A DNA stretch of 64,000 bases, from assembly GCF_964213995.1 (NCBI RefSeq), contig NC_135815.1, forward strand, positions 2,294,001-2,358,000. The letters are read 5' to 3'. Positions within the stretch are counted from its first letter, which is position 1. Each line of letters opens with the position of its first letter. Below are positions 57,160 through 64,000 of this stretch, one piece after another. The position numbers and the translations under genes are program-made. The notes beneath the pieces were generated by a model. The model was not told where the DNA came from. It saw only the letters and a list, made by a program, of their open reading frames with translations, and made no database searches. Source of the stretch: Mustelus asterias (Eukaryota).

Positions 57160-58860
57160 ACATAGAATATAGAACATTACAGCGCTGTACAGGCCCTTCG
57201 GCCCTCGATGTTGCGCCGACCAGTGGAACCAATGTAAAGCTCATCTAATCTACACTATTCCAATATCATCCGTATGTTTATCCAATAACCATTTAAATGC
57301 CCTTAATGTTGGCGAGTTCACTACTGCTGCAGGCAGGGCATTCCACGCCCTTACTACTGTCTGAGCAAAGAACCTACCTCTAACATCTGTCCTATATCTA
57401 TCACCCCTCAATTTAAAGCTATGTCCCCTTGTGCTAGCCATCACCCTCTGAGGAAAAAGGCTCTCACTGTCCACCCTATCTAATCCTCTGATCATCTTGT
57501 ATGCCTCTATTAAGTCACCTCTTAACTTTCTTTTCTCTAACGAAAACAACCACAAGTCACTCAGCCTTTCCTCATAAGACTTTCCCACCATACCAGGCAA
57601 CATCCTGGTAAATCTCCTCTGCACCCTTTCCAATGCTTCCACATCCTTCCTATAATGCGGCGACCAGAACTGTACGCAATACTCTAAGTGCGGCCGCACC
57701 AGATTCTGTACAGCTGCAACATGACCTCATGGCTCCAAAACTCAATCCCTCTGCCAACAAAAGCTAACACACCGTACGCCTTCTTAACAACCCTATCAAC
57801 CTGGGTGCCAACTTTCAGGGATCTATGCACATGGACACCGAGATCTCTCTGCTCATCCATACTACCAAGTATCTTACCATTAGCCCAGTACTCTGTGTTC
57901 CTGTTACTCCTTCCAAAGTGAATCACCTCACACTTTTCCACATTAAACTCCATTTGCCACCTCTCAGCCCAGCTCTGCAGCTTATCTATGTCCCTCTGTA
58001 ACCTGCAACATCCTTCCGCATTGTCCACAACTCCACCGACTTTAGTGTCATCCGCAAATTTACTCACCCATCCTTCTACACCCTCATCCAGGTCATTTAT
58101 GAAAATGACAAACAGCAGTGGCCCCAAAACAGATCCTTGCGGTACACCACTATTACAGGCCCAAGAGACCCAATTTCTCCTCATATGACAATCCCACAAT
58201 CTCAGCAATTAGTCTGGTGAACTTTCACTGCCCTCTCTCTGTGGCAACTAGATCCTTTCTTAGATAAGCAGATCAAACCTGTACACAATACTCCAGGTGT
58301 GATCCCACCAAGGCCAGGTAAGAGCATGGAAATTTGGGGGAGTAAGGATGCAGAAGGGTTGGGGGTCCCAGGGTGATATTGGCTCTGCTCCCCCACTGAC
58401 ACCTCCACCCCCTGCCTCCTGGATGCTCTCCTGGGTGCACTCTCCGAATTCCACCCCCTTTAAGCCTTTCACACTCTGCCTATCCCAATACATATTGGGG
58501 CAGTTGAAATCCCCGACCATTGTTATCCTATTATTTTTATATTTCTCTGAGATTTCTCTACATATCTGTTGCTCTCTCTCTCCCTGATTGTTTGGGGTCT
58601 ATAGAACACTCCCTCATTTGAGGATCCTGCTAAGATATCATCCCTCCTCACTGCAGCCATTGATCCCTTGGTCAATATTGCGACACCACCTCCTCTTTTA
58701 CAATCCCCCCCCCCGTCTCCCCCCCCCCCCCCCCCCCCCCCGTTCCCCCCCCGCGCCAATCTCACCTGACGATTCCATACCCCGGATTATTGAGCTGCCA
58801 GTCCTGCCCCTCCCTCAGCCATGTCTCTGTGATAGCAATAATATCATATTTCCAAGTGTC
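57160..58860 (-). mobile_element. CR1 fragments (RT 3' end plus APE remnant)
   Basis: ORFs 57250-58208 and 58260-58765. Confidence 0.8.
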
Positions 58861-58910
58861 AATTCTGGCCTCGGGTCACTGTCTGTGCAAAGTCTGCACG
58901 TTCTCCCCGT

Positions 58911-59172
58911 GTCTGCGTGGATAAAGTGTGCGTGGAGATAAAGTGTGCGTGGAGATAAAGTGTGCGTGGAGATAAAGTGTGCGTGGAGATAAAGTGTGCG
59001 TGGAGATAAAGTGTGCGTGGATATAAAGTGTGCGTGGAGATAAAGTGTGCGTGGATAAAGTGTGCGTGGAGATACAGTGTGCGTGGATAAAGTGTGCGTG
59101 GAGATAAAGTGTGCGTGGAGATAAAGTGTGCGTGGAGATAAAGTGTGCGTGGAGATAAAGTGTGCGTGGAGA
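58911..59172. repeat. 17-bp tandem repeat (ATAAAGTGTGCGTGGAG)n, about 15 copies
   Basis: Starts from the end of a V-SINE core fragment (58865-58920). Confidence 0.9.
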
Positions 59173-59249
59173 TGAAGGAGATGGAAGGTGAGTTCAGCAT
59201 TGTGTCGAGTCCTGAATTCACTGAGGTCAGGACGTAAGGGGACACACTC

Positions 59250-59605
59250 ATTACAAGCCCACCGACTCCCACAGCTACCCCGACTACAGCTCCTCACACC
59301 CCACTCCCTGCAAGGGCTCCATCCCATTTTCCCAGTCTCTCCGCCTCCATCGCATCTGTTCTGATGAAGCCACCTTCAAACAGAGTCCGTCTGAAATGTC
59401 TGCCTTTATCCTGGACCAAGCTTTCCCACCACTCTGTTTGACTGGGCACCCAGCCGTGTTCCACCCATTTCCCTGCCCCCTGCCCTCTGCCCTCACCCCT
59501 TCCCCTCCCTCCCAGGACCAGGATAGGGTCCCTCTTCTCACCTTTCACCCCACCAGCCTTCGCATTTCCAGGATCATCCTCCTCCAACTCCAGCATGATG
59601 CCACC
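59250..59605 (+). mobile_element. Penelope RT C-terminal fragment
   Basis: YKPTDSHSYxDYSSSHP..SIPFSQ..RLHRICS motifs, frameshifted. Confidence 0.65.
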
Positions 59606-59609
59606 ACAT

Positions 59610-60770
59610 GGTGGTGGAAGGTGCTTTTCTGGCTGGAGGTCCGTGACTAGTGGAGTTCCGTAGGGATCTGTACTGGGTGCTCTGCTGTTTGTGGTGTATA
59701 TAAATTGACGAAGGGAAGGCGGTAGATGTGGTTTATATGGATTTTAGCAAGGCGTTCGATAAGGTCCCCCATGCAAGGCTTCTGGACAAAGTGAGAGGGC
59801 ATGGGATCCAAGGGGCTGCTGCCCTGTGGATCCAGAACTGGCTTGCCCAAAGGAGGCAGAAAGTTGGTATAGATGGGTCTTTTTCTAAATGGAGGTCGGT
59901 CACCAGTGGTGTGCCCCAGGGATCTGTTCTGGGACCCTTGCTGTTTGTCATTTTCATAAATGACCTGGATGAGGAATCAGAGGGATGGGTTGGTAAGTTT
60001 GCCGACGACACGAAGGTTGGTGGGGTTGTGGATAGTCTGGAGGGATGTCAGAAGTTATAGAGGGATATAGATAGGATGCAAGACTGGGCGGACAAGTGGC
60101 AGATGGACTTCAACCCAGATAAATGCATAGTGGTCCATTTTGGCAGGTCAAATGGGATGAAGGAGTACAATATAAAGGGAAAGACTCTTAGTACTGTAGA
60201 GGATCAGAAGACCTTGGGGTCTGGGCCATCGGACTCTGAAATCGGCCCCGCAGGTGAAGGAGGTGGTTAAGAAGGTGTATGGTGTGCTGGCCTTTATCAA
60301 TCGAGGGATTGAGTTTAGGAGTCCGGGGATAATGATGTAGCTATATAAGACCCTTGTCAGACCCCACTTGGAGTTCTGTGCTCAATTCTGGTCGCCTCAC
60401 TATAGGAAGGATGTGGAAAAGATTGAAAGGGTGCAGAGGAGATTTACAAGGATGTTGCCTGGATTGAGTGGCATGCCTTATGAGGATAGGCTGAGGGAGC
60501 TCGGTCTTTTCTCCTTGGAGAGATGAAGAATGAGAGGAGACCTAATAGAGGTGTATAAGATGTTGAGAGGCATAGATCGGGTGGACTCTCAGAGGCTTTT
60601 TCCCAGGGTGGAAATGGCTGCTCCAAGAGGACACAGGTTTAAGGTGCTGAGGGGTAGGTACAGGGGAGATGTTCGGGGTAAGTTTTTCACACAGAGGGTG
60701 GTGGGCGAGTGGAATCGGCTGCCGTCAGTGGTGGTGGAGGCAAACTCAATCGGGTATTTTAAGAGACTCC
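59610..60770 (+). mobile_element. CR1 RT 3' fragment
   Basis: ORFs 59728-60847; same subfamily as 19548-21594. Confidence 0.85.
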
Positions 60771-60778
60771 TCTGCTAT

Positions 60779-61066
60779 GGTGGCACAGTGATTAGCACTG
60801 CTGCCTCACAGTGTCGGGGACCCGGGTTCAATTCCAAACTTGAGTAACTGTGTGGAGTTTGCACATTCTCCCCGTGTCTGCGTAGGTTTGCTCCGGGTTC
60901 TCTGGTTTCCCCCCACAGTCCAAAGAGATGCGGGTTAGGTGGATTCGCCATTAAAAATTGCTCCTTAGAGGTTTAGCAGGGTAAATATGTGGGGTTACAA
61001 GGATAGGGCCTGGATAAGATGCTCTTTTGGAGAATCAGTGCAGCGTCGATGGGCCAAATGGCCTCT
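60779..61066 (+). mobile_element. V-SINE (HE1-like)
   Basis: ggtggcacagtgattagcactgctgcctcaca..gtgtggagtttgcacattctccccgtgtctgc.. Confidence 0.8.
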
Positions 61067-61863
61067 TTCCTGCAAAGGCAGCCTTGCCTCAGTTTCAAAG
61101 CTCTGTTTGTGAATGATCTTTCTCTGTCTGAAACTTAATGTCAAACCCACCCATGTTATGATCACGGTTTGCTAAATGTCCCCTTCCAGTCAGATTATGA
61201 ATTAAACCTGTCTGATTATTCATTACTAAATCCACACAAACCCCACCCAGACTGTCTGGGTGCTGGGAGCACAAACAAGCAACAGGGGCTGAAGCTGGAG
61301 ACTCTTGGGGAAGGAGCCTGACAGATAGTGGGACAAACCCTGAGCCTGGATTGCAGGGCTGAGAGGTCAGTGTGATGCCTCTTCACAGCTCTGAATAAGA
61401 AAAGGACTTTTCCCAGCGCACACACTGAGTGTATTGGAGAATTCGGATCAAAGTGGGAATTCGCTGCAGAGGGAAAGAGAGGAGCTTTTTCTTTCTAACT
61501 TTTTCACCCTGCCGTAATGCCGTCTTTAGGAGGATTTACAAACTTCTTTCATCCCGGTGGGATTCCGACTTTTTCCCTTCTGCTGGATTCTCTGCTCCTG
61601 ACGTCACCAAACCCCCCGCGGGCGGGATAGGAGAATTCCACCCAAAATCTGGGAGTGGGAGCTTTGTCTGAGAGAGCTGTTCCACAGTGTGAGGACAACA
61701 TTGTATTTCATTGTTATATCAACACATCTGTAATGCTGAGGTCAGCACACTGTAACCCCCAGGATATAGAGCAGTAACAAACTAACACAGCAAGATCAAC
61801 CTTCGAACCTGCTCCCTCCCTTTAACACAGAAACTCTACTGCCTGGACTGTCCCTTTAAATAC
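61061..61863 (+). other. Segmental-duplicate copy of the V1-upstream region (start of the next paralogous unit)
   Basis: Collinear matches to 1382-1830, 2336-2475, 19081-19200 and 22258-22384. Confidence 0.9.
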
Positions 61864-62122
61864 ATAAGAACATAAGAACATCAGAAATAGGAGCAGGAGT
61901 AGGCCATCTGGCCCTTCGAGCCTGCCCCGCCATTCAATAAGATCAGGCTGATCTGAAGCGGATCAGTTCCACTTACCCGCCTGCTCCCCATATCCCCTAA
62001 TTCCCTTATCGATCAGAAAACTATCTACCCGTGATTTAAACATATTCAACGAGGAAGCCTCCCTCACTTCAATGGGCAGAGAATTCCAGAGATTCACTAC
62101 CCTCTGAGAGAAGAAGTTCCCC
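61864..62122 (-). mobile_element. CR1 3' end
   Basis: (cataagaa)n tail and aggccatctggcccttcgagcc. Confidence 0.8.
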
Positions 62123-63668
62123 CTTTAACACACTAATTTGTTTAACTCACTGATTTTATTCACTCATTGATTTCTTTATCTCACTGATAACTTTCACTCA
62201 ATAATTTATTTAACTCACTGATTTCTTTCACGCACTGATTTCGTTCACTCACTGATTTCTTTTGCTCACTGATTTCTTTAACTCACTGATTTCTTTCACT
62301 CACCGATTTCTTTACTTCACTGACTTATTTCGTTCACTCACTGATTTCTTTAAATCACTGATTTCTTTCACACAATGATTTCTTTCACTCACTTTTTTCT
62401 TTCACTCACTGATTTCCTTAAGTCGCTGATTTCCTTCACTCACTGATTTCTTTATCTCGTTGATTTCTTTCACTCACTGATTCCTTCAACTCAGATTTCT
62501 TTAACTCACTGCTTTCTTTCCCTCACTGATTTCTTTAACTCACTGATTTCTTCAACACACTGAGTTCTTTAACTCACTGATTTCTTTCACTCACTGATTT
62601 CTCACACTCACAGATTTCTTTGACTCGCTGATTTCCTTCACTCACTGATTTCTTTATCTCATTGATTTATTTTACTCACTCATTTCTTTAACTTACTGAT
62701 TTATTTCACTCACTGCTTTCTTTCACTCACAGAATTATTTCACTCACTGATTTTTTCCACTCACTGATTTCTTTCACGCACTGATTTCTTTCATTCACTG
62801 ATTCCTTTTGCTCACTGATTTCTTTAACTCACTGATTTCCTTCACTCACTGATTTCTTTCACTCACTGATTTCTTTCACTCACTGATTTCTTTTACTCAC
62901 TGAATTCTTTCACTCACTGATTTATTTAACACTGAATTGTTTAACTCGCTGATTTCTTTCACTCACTGAATTCTTTAACTCAATAATTTCTTTAACTCAC
63001 TGATTTCTTTAACTCACTGATTTCGTTCACACACTGACTTCTTTCCCTCGCTGATTTCTTTTACTCACTGATTTCTTTTACGCACTGATTTCTTTAACTC
63101 AATGATTTCTTTAACTCAATAATTTCTTGAACTCGCTGATTTCTTTTACTCACTGATTTCTTTTACGCACTGATTTCTTTAACTCAATGATTTTCGTTAC
63201 ACACTGATTTCTTTCACTCATTGATTTCTTTAACTCACTGATTTCATTCACTCACTGAATTCTTTAACTCACTGATTTCTTTCACTCATTAATTTCTTTA
63301 TCTCACTGATAACTTTCACGCAATAATTTCTTTAACTCACTGATTTCTTTCACGCACTGATTTCTTTCACTCATTGATTTCTTTTGCTCACTGATTTCTT
63401 TAACTCATTGATTTCTTTCACTCACTGATTTGTTTATCTCACTGATTTCTTTCACTCACATATTTCTATTACTCACTGATTTCTTTCACTCGCTGATTTC
63501 TTTCACTCACTTATTTCTTTCACTCACTGATTTTTTCCACTCACTGATTTCTTTCACGCACTTATTTCTTTCACTCACTGATTTCGTTTGCTCACTGATT
63601 TCTTTTACTCACTGATTTCTTTCACTCACTTATTTCTATTACTCACTGATTTCCTCACTCGCTGATTT
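62123..63668 (+). repeat. 17-bp minisatellite (CTCACTGATTTCTTTCA)n, about 90 degenerate units
   Basis: Direct inspection. The same unit occurs about 4 times at 22415-22482 and 3-4 times at 30101-30157, upstream of V1 and V2. Confidence 0.95.
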
Positions 63669-64000
63669 AGAACATAGAACATAGAACATTACAGCGCAGA
63701 ACAGGCCCTTCGGCCCACGATGTTGCACCGACCAGTTAAAAAAAAAAACTGTGACCCTCCAACCTAAACCAATTTCTTTTCGTCCATGAACCTATCTACG
63801 GATCTCTTAAACGCCCCCAAACTAGGCGCATTTACTACTGATGCTGGCAGGGCATTCCAATCCCTCACCACCCTCTGGGTAAAGAACCTACCCCTGACAT
63901 CGGTTCTATAACTACCCCCCCTCAATTTAAAGCCATGCCCCCTCGTGCTGGATTTCTCCATCAGAGGAAAAAGGCTATCACTATCCACCCTATCTAAACC
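63669..64000 (-). mobile_element. CR1 3' end (runs off the window)
   Basis: (agaacat)n tail; ORF 63764-63988. Confidence 0.85.

Noticed and set aside
58815-59327. Repetitive ORFs (HAHFISTHTLSPRTLYL)n
   Set aside because: Translation of the 17-bp tandem repeat.
62123-63668. CRISPR-like array
   Set aside because: Head-to-tail units with no unique spacers, in a vertebrate context.

Overview
Vertebrate, almost certainly cartilaginous-fish (shark) genomic DNA, inferred from its repeat complement: CR1 LINEs with (TGTTCTA)n/(TGTTCTT)n tails, V-SINEs, a DeuSINE, L2 and Penelope elements. Most of the window is nested transposable elements. Spread through them on the + strand is a spliced immunoglobulin-superfamily receptor gene that the ORF track shows only in part. 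It has four antigen-receptor-like, germline V-J-joined V domains (exons 22501-22845, 30518-30853, 37798-38142, 41141-41488), an uncharged transmembrane exon (43419-43569) and five short cytoplasmic exons (44421-44464, 45382-45425, 50257-50298, 51510-51552, 52333-52358). All ten have AG/GT boundaries with compatible phases and join into one stop-free frame of about 574 aa. The tail carries an NPxY motif and a canonical ITAM (DPTYMALQQRPESIYSDL), split by a phase-0 intron as in CD3/FcR-gamma/DAP12 genes. There are no RSSs or constant domains, so this looks like a non-rearranging, self-signalling activating receptor built from TCR/Ig-like V domains whose CDR2/CDR3-equivalent loops are diversified. 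No intact leader exon was found; a decayed leader plus VJ exon pair lies at 34333-34861. A paralogous copy of the V1-upstream region starts at about 61061, indicating a tandem gene cluster. The exon model was assembled by eye and needs transcript confirmation.
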